DNA of 64,000 nt from Lama guanicoe (Eukaryota): contig MU054187.1 of NCBI GenBank assembly GCA_013239625.1, positions 2,675,757-2,739,756 of the forward strand. The letters are read 5' to 3'. The translations under genes were made by a program, and so were the position numbers. The notes under the pieces were generated by a model, which was given only the letters and a program-made list of their open reading frames with translations, did no database searches and had not been told where the DNA came from. Below, piece after piece: positions 34,746-47,229 of the stretch (position 1 is the first letter of the stretch; every line of letters starts with the position of its first letter).

Positions 34746-37700
34746 GAGGTGTAAATGTTTTTAATGGCTATATCTTCTTGCTGTATTGAGCATTTTTGTT
34801 AATATATAATGTTCTTTTTGTCTCTTTTACCCTTTTAAAATTTTGTCTCTTTTTCCTGATATTTAGTTTGGCCACTTCTGCCCTCTTTTGGTTACTGTTT
34901 GCATGGAATGTCTTTGCCATCCTTTCACTTTCAACCTATTTGTATCTTTTGATCTCAAGTAAGTCTCTTGTAGGCAGCAGCTAGGGCTGTGTATTTTTAT
35001 CCATTCTGCCAATCTGTCTTTTGACTGGATATTTTAATCTATTTACATTTAAATTAATCACTGATAAAGAGTGACTTACTTCTGTCATTGTGCTGTTTGT
35101 TTTATATATGCCCTATAGCTTTTTTGTTTCTCATTTCCTGCATTACTATTTTCTTTTGTGCTTAGCTATTTTTTTTGTAGTAAAATGTCTAAGTTCCTTT
35201 CTCACTTCCTTTTGTATGTGTCCTATAGCTATTTTCTTTGTGATTCACTCTTTAGGATTTACCACCTTAAAGTTATAACACTCTAATTGGTGTTTATTGC
35301 AAGATTAACTTTAATACCGTACACAGACTCTGCTCCTTTACAGCTCTGTTCCCACCCCTTTCAGTTCTTGATATCACAATATTATATTTTTCTATATTAT
35401 GTGCCCCCAAACATAAACTAATAGTTCTTTTAAATGCATTAATCTCCTAAGTTATATAGAAAACAAGATTTGAAATTACAAACCAAAAATTTACTCTAAT
35501 ACTAGTTTTCACAGCAATAATTTTTTCTTTACATGTATTAGTCTCTTAAATTATGTAGAAACAAACAAAAAGCACAGTGACAAACCGTTGTTACCATAAC
35601 ACTATCTTTTACAATTGCTCGTGTATCTGCCTTTATTGACATCTTTATTTCTCCATGTGGCTTTGAGTTACTGTCTAGTGTTCTTTTTTTTTTTATTTCA
35701 CCTTGAAGGACTCCCTTGAGCATTTTTTGCAGAGCAGGCCCAAGGGTCATAAACTCCCCCAACTTTTATCTGTCTGGGAATGTCTTAATTTCCCCCTCAC
35801 TACTGAAGAACATTTTCAGTGGATATAGGAATCTTGGTTGCCTGGTTTTTATTTTAACACTTTGACTATTAGCCTATTGTCTGGCCTCCAAAGTTTCTGA
35901 TGAGAAATGTACTCATACTTTTACTGAAGATCTCTTGTATGTAATTGTTTGCTTCTCTCTTTCTGCTTTCAAGATTCTTTCTTTGTTTTGGATTTTGTAA
36001 GTTTGATTATAATGTATCTCAGCATGGCTCTCTTTGATTTTACCTTGCTTAGAGCTGAGCTTCTTGGATGTTTATATTCATGTCTTTCAACAAATTTGGG
36101 AAGTTTTCCGCCATTATTTCTTCAAATATTCTCTCCCCCTTTCTCTCTCTCTCTCCCTTTTTGTACTCCCAAGATGCATATGTTGGTCCGCTTGATGGTG
36201 TCCCACATAGGTCCCTAAGGTTCTGTTCACTCTTCTTTAAGTTTTTTCCTTTCTGTTCCTCAACTTTGATAATTTCCATTGTTCTATCTATCTTTGAGTT
36301 TACTGATTTTTTTCTTTTGCTTGCTCAAATCTGCCTTTGAATCCATCTGATTTTTTTCATTTCCCTTCTTACATTTTTCAGATGCAAAATTTTGTTATTG
36401 TTGTTCAGGTTTTATATCTCTTTATTGATATTTCCATTTTATTCACACGTCATTTTCTTGACTATTTCCCCATCTTCCTTTGTTTTTTGAGCATCTTTAA
36501 GGCAATTGTTTTATAGTTTTTGTTTAGTATATCTGCCATTAGGCCTTTTTCAGGGAGTTTCTGTTGATTTATTAATTTTTTTCCTTTGACTGGGTCATAA
36601 TTTCCTGGTCTTTGTATGCCTTGTGATTTTTGTTGAGCATGAGACATTTGAATAATGTGGTGGCTCTGGAAATCAGATTCTTCCCTATTCCCCAGGGCTT
36701 GCTTTTTAAAAAAGTTATTATTACTTTGTTGTTGTTGCTGTTGCTGTTTTATTGTTGTAGGCTGTCTCAGTGCTGGGGATCAGCCTGAGGTGTAAACTGA
36801 ATGTCTTCTCAGGTCTTTTCAGAGCCTTTCCCTGGGCATGCGTGGTCACTTTCTAATTTTCCGTGTACACACAGTTGATTTTGAATGTTCTAGTCATTCA
36901 TGTCTGGCTCCCAAAAGGAAAAAGCAAAAAATGAAGATGGGGAAGGGGCACTGGCACATTAAATCTCTTGGACATCACTTCAACAGGAGGGAGGGGCTTG
37001 CAACAATTCGGGGAGGTGCAACAACCATGGTTGCCTGTTTCACTGTTCGTTGTCTGTACCTCTGTGATCAGAGGGAGCATTCTGTGATCAGAGCACAGAG
37101 CTCCAGTATTTGTAAGAAAGAATCCTTCTGTTTACCCTAGCTCCCATAGGCAGTGTGTAAGCTGCCAGGAACTCATGCACAGCTGTCAGCCATGGGGGTG
37201 GGGGGTGGGTAGCTGCTACTGTGCCAAGAAGTGAAATTGACTGAAATTAATCGGCGCTTTACTGTCCAGGTCTTCCCCTGGAAGTAGCAAGCTCTGAACA
37301 GACTGCAGAGTTCAAAAGCTGTTACATCAGACAGATTCTGCTTGTGTAGTTGTTGTCTAAGTAAGGAGACAGATTTTTGATTGTTCCTCCTCTGCCAGCT
37401 TCCCAGAATCCTCTTCCTTAGTTTTTTTTTTTAATGGATTCTGCTTTTAGTGTTGAATCTAAGAAATCTTTGACACAGATCATGCAGATTTTCTCTATTA
37501 TTTTCTTCTAGAAGTTTTATAGTTTACTACATTTAGGTGTATGATCTATTTTGTGTTTTTTTTTGTATATGATGTGAAGTGAAGATCATTTTTTGGCATG
37601 TGGATATCAAAATGTTCTAGCACCACTAGTTGAAAATGCTCTTCTTTCTCCATTGCATTGCCTTTGCACATTTTAATCAAGAATCAGTTTTCTACATAGG

Positions 37701-40016
37701 TGTGTTTATTCCTGGAATCTCTATTTGTTCCATTGATCTAGTAACACAATACAATGCTGTCTTGATTAATGTAGTTTCATAGTAAGTCTTGAAATTTGAT
37801 TGTGTTAATCTTCAAATTTTATTCTTTTTCAGAAATGTTTTAGCTACTCTAGGTTCTTTGTATTTCCATATGGATTTTAGAATGAGCTAGTGAATTTCTA
37901 CAAACTAGTCATCTGGGATTTTAATTGGGATTACTTTGAATCTGTGGGTCAATTTGGGGAGAACTGATGCTTTAACAATATTAAGTCTTCCAAGCCCTAA
38001 GCAAGATGTATCTCCCAGTTGATTTAAGTCTTCTTTAATTTCTGTAAGCAATGTTTTCTATGTGCAAAGTACAGGCCTTTCACATATTTTTTATTTGTTT
38101 TATCTCTCAGTAGTTCATATTTTTGATGCTATTGTAAATAATCTTTTAAAATTTAAATTTCTTATTTTCATTGCTAGTATGTAAGGATACACTGATTTTT
38201 GTATATTGATTTTACAACCTGAAATCTTGCTAAACTCACTTATTTGTTCTCTTTTCTGTAAATTCTGTTAGATTTTCTACATCAAAGATTATGTTAGCTG
38301 TGAATAAGTGAAATTGTACTTCTTTTTTTATCATCTGGATGACTTTTATTTATTTCTCTTGCATTGTTGCACTGGCTAGAACTTCAAATCTGTTGAGTGA
38401 AAGCAGAGAGAGCAAACATTCCTGCCTTGTTTCTTATCTTAGGGGAAAAGCATTCAGACTTTCACCATTAAGTATGATGTTAGCTGTAGGATTTTGGTGT
38501 ATGTCCTTCATTAGGTTAGGAATGTTCCCTTGTAACCCTAATTTGCAAGAATTTATAGCAGGAATGGATACTGAATTTCATCAAATGCTTTTTTTTTTTT
38601 GATATATGTTGAGGGGATTATACAGTTTTTCTTTTTTAGTTTAATAATATCACGAATTACATAAATTGATGTTTAAATGTTGAGATAGCCCTGCATAGCT
38701 GGGATAACCCCATGTGGTCCCAGCGTATGGTGCATTTACTGTATTGCTGAATTTGATTTGCTAAATTTTATGTTTAGAACATTTCCATGTATGTCCACGA
38801 GGGATATTCATTTGTTGTTTTCCTTCTTATGTCTTTGTCTAATTTTCGTACTGAGTAAAGATGACTTCATAGACTGAGTTGAAAAAATTACTTTTTCAAT
38901 TCTTTGGAAAAGTTTGTTTAGAATTTGTATTATTCCTTCTTAAAATTTTTTTGGTAGAATTCACCCGTGAAGCCATTTGGTTATGCAGTTTTCTTTGTGG
39001 GAAGGTTTTAAACTGTATTTTCAGCTTCTATACAGTATTTAGGATATTTAGGTAATTGATTCCTTCTTGAGTAAGCTTTGGTAATTTATGTCTTTCAAGA
39101 AATTTGTGTATTTCATCTAACTTGTCAAATGTATTTGCATAAAGTTGTTTGTAATATTTCCTTGTTATCTTTTTAGTAGAATCTGCAGTGATAACACCTA
39201 TCTCATTGGTATTGGTAATTTGTGTTCTCTGTCTCTTTCTTTTTCTGATCAATCTGGCTAGAGATTTATCAGTTTTATTGATCTCAAATAACCAATTTTT
39301 GGTCTCATAGTTTTTTTTCCTATTGTTTTTATGTTTTATTAGTATCTGCTTTGTTCTTTACTATATCCTTTCTTCTGCTTACTTTAGGTTTAAGTTATTC
39401 TTCTTTTTCTAGTTTCTTAAGGAAGGAATTGAGCCTTGGTTTCTGACTTGGACATTCTCTGCTCTCAGCCCTCTGTTGCCTTTAAGGAGAAGTGCTGTTT
39501 CCAAAGTGCCCCGTCTCTGATTCCTAGAAATGACGCCCTGACCTCTCTCTTTCCACATCTAGGACCTCAGGTATTTGAGGAATAAGTCCTTCAGGTTTCT
39601 GTGTCTTGGGAAAGAGTATCAGAATTAAACCTTCAGGTGATACAGTGATGGAGATGCCTGCTTAAGGCAAAAGTGGAGATAAAAGAGAAAGTTCTGCTGT
39701 TGCTGCTGCCCAGTAGCTCCAGTAGCCCTGCTTCGCCACCAGGGAGGAGGCAGGTGGCAAGAAGGGCGCCCCTGCCTGCCCTTGGCCGGAGCCAGGCCTC
39801 TTTCAGGCACACAAACATCCTCGCCTTCACGTAGCTGTTTGTGGGTATCTCTTTAAAGAAGCTGATCGTTATAGAAGAGGATTTGAATGAAAAAATACCA
39901 AGTTTTATGAACAATGCGAGAGCCTTGCAGAAAATTTCCAACATGGTTTCATTGTTCAAATCACCAGCCTTCCCGATTCTGAATCTTCATCTCACATGTT
40001 AGAGGTGATCCCTCCT

Positions 40017-40068
40017 ACACCAGAAATGGACACACTGTAACTGACTGTACTTGAATTAAAAAAAAAAA
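40017..40068 (+). mobile_element. 52-nt 5'-truncated L1 tail with a 16-bp TSD
   Basis: acaccagaaatggacacactgtaactgactgtacttgaatt(A)n lies between agaggtgatccctcct (40001-40016) and agaggtgacccctcct (40069-40084). The same tail occurs at ~44080-44130. Confidence 0.88.
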
Positions 40069-43000
40069 AGAGGTGACCCCTCCTGAGCCCTGAGCGCGTC
40101 AATCAGCAGACCTTTGAGCTTCACTCCAGCCCTCAGATTCTTTTGCCTCTAGGTACTGGGAGCCACCCTGGGAGTTGCATCTGCTGGTATCTAACAGTGC
40201 CCTGCCTGTGAGATAGGAAGGGAGAAACAGGTAATCTTGTTTTAAGAACAAGAGATTAGGAGATTTCTAGTTGTTTCCAGACTTGGCTGCTTATTCAAAA
40301 TACCCAGTGATCTTGTAGAAAATACAGATGCTTGAGATACGCCACCCTCCTGCTGTTTCTACCCCAGGTCCCAAGCCCTTCAGTGAAGCCAGGTCTAGTA
40401 TGTGTGAGTGTGTGTGCCTGCGCCTGTGTGCATATATTTATACTAGTGGTCACAGCAATCACTTCTTGTTGTTACTATCAGTATCATCATTTTTTACCTT
40501 TTCACAGTTCTGGGGGTGGACTGAGCCCAGCTAGGCAGGTCCTGCTCTTGGCCTCTCATTCAGGACAGTAGGAAGTGGTGGAGGCTCCAGTCATTCTCAA
40601 GGCTTCCTTCCTCACACGTCTGGACTGTGGCTCAGACACCCACACGTGGCTTCCCCTTGTGGCTGGGACGGAACCTCACATTTTTTTACCAGCCCCTCAG
40701 GGTGATTCCTGGTAAGCTAGGCAGGTTTTAGGATTACTTTTGGGAACTGCTGGACAACAGGAACTTTTTAGTCCCTTCAAGTTGTAAAAATTCTAGATTT
40801 CAAGCCATCAATTTTCTTTTCACATAAAGACTACCTTCTGAGTTAAGAGAACACAGGTGTTTCTCAAAGCAAAAGGTCTTAAGACAAAATTTCCAAATAT
40901 AGGACTATCAGAAATTCTAACAATAAGCTGGTAGAGTGCTGACCGATGTAATTCTGTTTACTCAGCGGGACACGCCTTCGTTGAGTCATGCCTTTGGCCA
41001 GTCACTGGTCCAGGAGAGGGTGTAGCCTTGAATTCTATTTTCATGGCTGTAACAGAGGTTACACATTACCCAGAGTAGTGATACCTTTAAGCAAGTTCTG
41101 TGTTTCCTTGAGACGCAAACTCCTACCACTGCCTGTGGGGATTGTGAGTCCAGGGCAGGGGAGGGACCAACAGCCTTTCTGGAGAGTGGAACTTCCCGCG
41201 AGGCCCGTGGATGCCTTGCACGTTGGGCCAGCACGGGAGACAGGTGTGAAACCGTGCAGTCCCGGGGAGGTTTCACTTTCCAGTGTTGTAGGGTGGGGTC
41301 CGCGTGACCACCGCCTTGACAGCTCTGTGTCGCCTGCCCAGCAGGCGTCTGCTTCCCTGGAACACGATGCCAACTGCTTTTAACATGTGGCTTCCATTGC
41401 CTTCTTTGCTGGATAGACATTTTGTGCCTTTCTAGAAAGCATTTTAAACTAGTCCCTAATTAACATATCACAAGGCACAACTGGGCTCTTCATCGGGCCT
41501 TCTGGACGTTCAGTTAAGGGAAGCACCGTAGTCAGTTGTTACTTCTCATCTCGTTAGTTTGCAAACAGAAGTTGACGGTGGACATCACAACCTTTTAAAA
41601 AAAGATGGACAGCCGCCAAATTGGTTCTTACTGAAATGAATGTTTTAAAAAAGAAACTAAAAGCTGCCTTATATTAAACGGAAATAGACCAACTAAATAA
41701 AACCTACGGAAGACCAAGGGATGAATAACAATATTGTGATAGTTCATGTAAACAAACTACTCTGTTGTTTAATGATTCTTATTTCCTAACCGAGAATTGC
41801 AACAATGTCTAGGAATTCTCACCTTCTGGTGCAGAATGAGAAAATTTTATGAGTTTCCACCATTCAGTTTAAAGCCAAAGGAAGTGTGTTTCAGACGTTT
41901 CCCTTGAACATTCTCCTTCTGGTCAGGAAGTAGACGACGTTAGCTGAAAACATCACCCTCAGATGGAGGAAAGCCTGCCATTGAGACGAAGCATCTGCCT
42001 CCCCTGCCCGATGTGCCTTCTTCTCCTACGTTTCTCACTTAAAACTCAGCTAAGGCTCAGTGGCCCTTCAGTCTCAGGGAGAAAGCGGGTCAAACTACAG
42101 TGGAAAGTGATCAGGGAGGGAATGGCGTGCACAGAGCAGCCTAAGCCCTTCATACTGAGATAAGAGTTTCAGGAGCTGCCTTTATTTTCAGAAACAAAAG
42201 GCAGTCCCATACGCAGGAGCAAAGGTGAGATGACAGTCGGGTCTGTGGCTCCCTCACTGGGTGCCTTTAGGCAAATCTCATCTGAATTTTTCCACCTTTA
42301 TAGTGGAGATAATGGCACTGAAAGTTCTGTAGCATTAAAATGAGATAATTTATTGGCAATTTTCTTAAATTCTCAAAAAATACTGTGCACGTCTAAGACA
42401 GTGATACTAAAACCATCCTAATAAACGCGTTTCTATTTTATTTGGTAACAAAACTCATGTTTACAAGTGGTTCCATATAAATTTGGGTCACTGAAAGCAA
42501 TACAATATTGGAGGAGCCTAGTCTGAGTGTTTCATATACATTTCTGTGCATTCTTAATTCTGATTTTTCATAAGTTTCTTTTTCTTTTGTTGTTAAGATA
42601 CAACTATCAATTACAGAAATAATCATTGATTATTTGTTGATTGATTTTTTAATATAAACTTTCAAATTAAAGTATAACATTCGTACAGAGAAGTGCACTT
42701 GTGGGCAGGGCTCTGTGCAGTTCATCGTGGGGCACACACCTTTCCGATCCGCACAGAGCTGTTCACGTTATCTTGGAACTCGCCATTTTGGGATCACTAA
42801 ACTAATCTGTAGACCCTGTAGGTGTGCTTCCTGAAATCATCCTCATCCCTTGTGTGATGAGCAGAACTGATCATTGCCTAAGTGTCAGCGGAGGCTTCCA
42901 ACGTAACAGCTTCCATCAGATAACATAATGTGTTTCTTAGAAAGGAAGTTCAAAAGGACCGATTCTGTTAGATTGCCGACCTTGACCTCCTGTGGCCAAA

Positions 43001-43671
43001 AATCCCGTTTCCCTGTGTTTTTAAAGGAAACACGTTTGAGAAAAGCTCCCAATCCCAGATTCGGTGGTTTTCCTTAGAGAGACAACAATGGAATTCTGGG
43101 AGAGAGCTGACCTGAGCGGATTCATCTGATCCCTCTCAGGAGAGAGCGGTGTTTGTTTACTCTGCTCGGAGAGCTATATTTCTATGCATGTGCTATTCTT
43201 AGAGTCCTTTGAAGTAGGAAAAGTCATATGTCATAGACCTCCCTGTGATTAAAAACTTTAAGGCTGTTTATCTGCTTATGTACGTAGAATACATAGAAAA
43301 GGAGAAGCACCTGTTTGTTGGAGATGGACCCCGAGGAACGAGGGAGAAGTTTGCACATTTTGGTTCTCTCCACAGTGTCACACTTGTTTATCTTATATCA
43401 CAGGCTGCTCTTCGGATAGATGGTTTTAAAGAGGAAAATATGGTTACATCTGAAAGCCAAGAAATGTAAATTAAAAATTGTGTGGGGTCTAGAAACAGTG
43501 TTGGACTGGAATTAACTGGGAATAATGGCTGATTATATACAACAGCAAACATCAAATGAGATAAGTTATATGAATGGCTTTCAGAGCATGGTTATTGAAA
43601 AACTAAAACATTTCTTATTTCTTTGGCTCAATCAGCACTTATTTGTTTTTAAAGATCTTTTAAGAATTCAA

Positions 43672-43806
43672 GGGGGAGGGTATAGCTCAGTGGTAGAGTG
43701 CATGCTTAGTATGCATGAGGTCCTGGGTTCAATCCCCAGTCCCTCCATTAATAAATAAATAAATCTAATTACTGGCCCCCCCAAAAAACTCCAAAATGAA
43801 CAAAAA
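43672..43806 (+). mobile_element. tRNA-Ala-derived SINE (camelid Vic-1-like)
   Basis: gggtatagctcagtggtagagtgcatgcttagtatgcatgaggtcctgggttcaatccccagtccctcca, then (TAAA)n and an A-rich tail. Probable TSD aagaattcaa / aagaatcaa. Confidence 0.9.
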
Positions 43807-43829
43807 AGAATCAAAACAGAAAAGCACAA

Positions 43830-44875
43830 AATGACAAAGCAGTAATATGCCACACATTACTCAGCATAGCAAGAACCAGGAAAATCTCAACTAGAATAAA
43901 AAAAAAAAGGCAGTCAAATGACAGCAAAAAAATGAGATGATACAGATATTAGATTTATCTAATAAAAATTTTAAAGCAGCCGTAATAAATATGTTTCAAT
44001 GAATAATTACATAACCTTTCATGAAAAAATCTGAAAATGAATATATGTATATATATACATGACTAAGACATTGTGCTGTTCACCAGAAATTGACACATTG
44101 TAATTGACTGTACTTCAGCTTAAAAAAAAAGCAAAAAAAAAGCAATTATAAAGACTGTTGAAACAAATGAAAAAAAAAGAAAAGAAAATCTCAGTAAAGA
44201 AATAAGAAATCTCAGAAAAGTAATAGAAGATATAAAGGAGAGCCAAATGGAACTGTGAAATACACTACCCAAACAACAAAAAACAACTCCAGCCAGCCAA
44301 CCAACCAACCAACCAGACAAACCAACCAACTTAATGAATGGGCTCAACAGCAGAATGGGGAGCACAGGTGAAGGGATGTATGAACTTGAAGACAGCATGA
44401 TAAAGATTATTTAATTTGAATAGCAAATAGAATGCTAAAAAAAATGAACCAGTGGCATGTGAGACTGTAATACAGATCTAACATTCATGTCATTAAAGTT
44501 CCAAAAGGGAGAGAAGAAACCAGGGAAGGTTGAAAAGTATTCGAAGAAATAATAGCTGAAAAGTCCCTAAGTCTGGCAACAGACATAAACCTACAGATTA
44601 GAGGAGTTGAGAAACCCACAAACAAGACAAACTGAAATATTTCTGTACCAAGACACATCCTAGTCAAACTTCTGAAAACTAAAGACACACACTTGAAAGC
44701 AGGCAGAGAGAAACGCTGCATTACCTACAGGGGAAAACAATCCAAATCACATGGATTTCTCATGAGAAACGATGGAGGCTGAAAGGAATGTCGTGCCAAA
44801 GACATTTTCAAGAGCAGAAAGAAAAGAACTGCTAGCCCAGGATTCTATGTCCAGTGACAATGTCTTTTAGGAGGA
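43830..44875 (+). mobile_element. Old LINE-1 ORF1 fragment with an inserted young L1 tail (~44020-44135) and a (CCAA)n tract
   Basis: ORF1-type text: aaagtattcgaagaaataatagctgaaa, gacataaacctacagatt, atttctcatgagaaacgatggaggc. Confidence 0.7.
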
Positions 44876-45364
44876 AGGGTCTTCTAGACACCACTTGCGT
44901 GTGACCCTGAGGTCTCTGCAAGTCTTCCTGCCCAAGCCTGGACCGGCTTGGGGCTCGAGTGGGGCTTTCCCTGAGAGTAGCCGCCCTCAGGGTCTGAACC
45001 CCAGCCAGATGAAAGATGAGACCCGCTCACGTCACATCTGTCAGACCTCGTGGTCCCCCTCCAGCACTTGGTTAAGGCAGTTTCCTTGGAGACTAGTACA
45101 GTATCCTTGAGAACATATGTGTTAGACTCTCTGATTCCCTTCATTTGTTTCCTTCAACAAATATTTGTTAATGAGTCCCGTGATTAAGGCATTGTTTTGT
45201 ACACACCAGGCAAGAAGAAGGGGATGAGGGCGGTTTTATATGGGCTCTTTGGAGAGACCTCTCTAACAGGGAGGAAGTGAAGAGGGAGGCCAGGGGAACA
45301 GCTGGGGAAGGAACATCCTGTTATGAGCAGCAGAGTTTGCCTGGTGTTGAACTTCAGGAGGAGT

Positions 45365-46500
45365 GGAGGTGAGGGGGAGGGGCAGTGGAGGGGTAGAGGA
45401 TTAAGAGCCACTAACTACTATGTGTAAGGGGAAGGAGGGAGGGATAAATTAGTAGCTTGGGATTAACAGATACACATTACTATGTATAAAATAGATAAAC
45501 AACAAGGACTTACTATATAGCACAGGAAACTATAATTTCTTGTAATAAGCTATAATGGAAAAGAATCTGTATATATATATGTGTGTGTATAACTGAATTG
45601 CTTTGCTGTACACCTGAAACTAACATTGTAAATCAGCTACACTTCAATAAAAAATAAAATTGGGATTGGGGAGCAAAGCCATAGCTCAGTGGTAGAGCAC
45701 ATGCTTAGCATACATGAGGTCCTGGGTTCAGTCCCCAGTACCTCCATGTAAATAAATGAGTAAATAAATGAGTAACTAAAAACCTAATTACTTCCCCCTA
45801 AAAAAACCAAAAACCAAAAAAAAATTTTAAATGCAAAAAAGAATTTGCAGAAATCTAAAAAAAATTACCGTGTATAAACAAGTTACAAGGATATATTGTA
45901 CAACACGGGGGACATAGCCAATATTTTAAACAAGTATAAATGGAGTGTAACCTTTAAAACCTGTGAGTCACTATACTATACATCTGTAATGCATATGATA
46001 TTGTGCAGCAACTATACGTCAACTTTAAAAAAAGAAAAAAAAAAAAGAAAAAAGAAAGAAAAAAAAAAAGAAATACTCCCCAATGGTAACCACTAGTTTG
46101 TTCTCTACAACTGTGGGTTTGCTTCTTTTTTGTTATATTTACTAACTTGTTGTCTTTTTTAGGTTTCACATGTAAGTGATATCATACAGTATTTGTCTTG
46201 TTTGACTTATTTCACTTAGCATAATGCCCTCCAAGTCACCCATGTTGTTGCAAATGACAAAATTTCATCCTTTTTAATGGCTGAGTAGTATTCCATTGTA
46301 TGTCTATACCACATCTTCTTCACCCATTTGTCTGTTGTTGGGCACTTAGGTTGTTTCTCTATCTTGGCAATTATAAACAATGCTGCTATAAACATTGGAG
46401 TGCACATATCTTTTTGAATTGGTGCTTTTGTTTGTTTTTCAGATATGTACCCAGAAGTGGAATTGCTGGGTCATATGTAGTTCTATTTTCAGTTTTTTGA
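45365..46500. mobile_element. Composite of L1 3' ends (+ strand 45365-46074, - strand 46075-46500) with a nested L1 tail and SINE
   Basis: The minus ORF 46216-46407 reads CTPMFIAALFIIAKIEKQPKCPTTDKWVKKMWY (ORF2p C-terminus). The plus-strand 3' UTRs have A tails. Confidence 0.8.
45668..45823 (+). mobile_element. tRNA-Ala-derived SINE (camelid Vic-1-like)
   Basis: atagctcagtggtagagcacatgcttagcatacatgaggtcctgggttcagtccccagtacctcca followed by an A-rich tail. Confidence 0.88.
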
Positions 46501-47229
46501 TACACTTTAAAGTAGAAAATGAATATAGTAATAAATAGTTGACAGTTTTTAAGAATGAATTTAAATTCTTAGAGAGCAAGGATGGCTTTAATGAACTGGT
46601 ACATATTTAGTGAGTGCCTACTGTAAGCACATAATTATGATGATGTGAAGAATAAAAAGATGCTAGTACATAGTTGAAAGTTTAGGTGGCGGCGCTGTAA
46701 ACATGTAACATGTAAAAGCACTGATCAAACAACTCAAGGAAATATGTAGTTTATCTTCCTATCATATGATATTTTACAGATTTTGTAAGCTTTTGTATAA
46801 TATTTGTTTAACAAATTGTAACAATCGACAACAACCTTTTTTTCTAATATAAAAGCAGAATCATTCTTCCAAATCATACGGTGGGTTATAACATGACTGG
46901 TGGGAAATAGCATTGTTCAGTATGATCAGCATTATAATTTATGTTTGAGAGAAGAAAATTGATCTTGTTTTTGTTGGGCTCTTAGGTCACACAGAACATA
47001 ACATCTAATGAAATGTTTAAAAATTTTGACTCAGAATTAGATATGCATCTTATTTTTTACAATGAATACCTTTTTGTAGGGGTCATATAATATTTCACAA
47101 TGTTGCTATCCCATTAATTTATTACACCATTTCTCAATTCCTGACTTATAGGTGGTTTCTAGTTGCTAAGAGATACATTTTTATACTATTCCAGTTAAAA
47201 TATGACTATTTAAATACTGCACAGCTAGG

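Larger units (their letters stand above)
30045..37420 (-). mobile_element. Near-full-length degenerate LINE-1 (3' UTR, ORF2, ORF1, 5' region)
   Basis: Colinear relics of RT (EAEKAFDKIQH), endonuclease (GGDINTPLTMMDRTARQKI) and ORF1 (RIFEEIMAENFPNLLKDMNINIQEAQ), with many stops and frameshifts. Confidence 0.85.
28860..39425 (-). mobile_element. Nested LINE-1 cluster: outer old L1 (28860-29670 resuming at ~37423-39425) split by later L1 insertions
   Basis: The outer element breaks at gagtccaatttttt and resumes at ttttaatggattctgcttttagtgttg. The minus translation KYYKQLYANTFDKLDEIHKFLERHKLPKLTQE (ORF2) lies at ~39028-39252. Confidence 0.75.

Noticed and set aside
30045..37420. Active full-length LINE-1
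   Set aside because: ORF1 and ORF2 are broken into short frames by stops and frameshifts and are interrupted by other insertions.
39633..39990. Processed pseudogene or exon (108-aa minus ORF, also open on the plus strand)
   Set aside because: No protein family I recognise, a non-ATG start, and no poly-A or TSD of its own. BLASTX would be needed to revisit it.
43675..43747. Functional tRNA-Ala gene (also at 5330-5405, 45675-45746 and 57708-57783)
   Set aside because: Each is followed by the same SINE body and A-rich tail, carries substitutions relative to the others, and one has a probable TSD. They are SINE heads.
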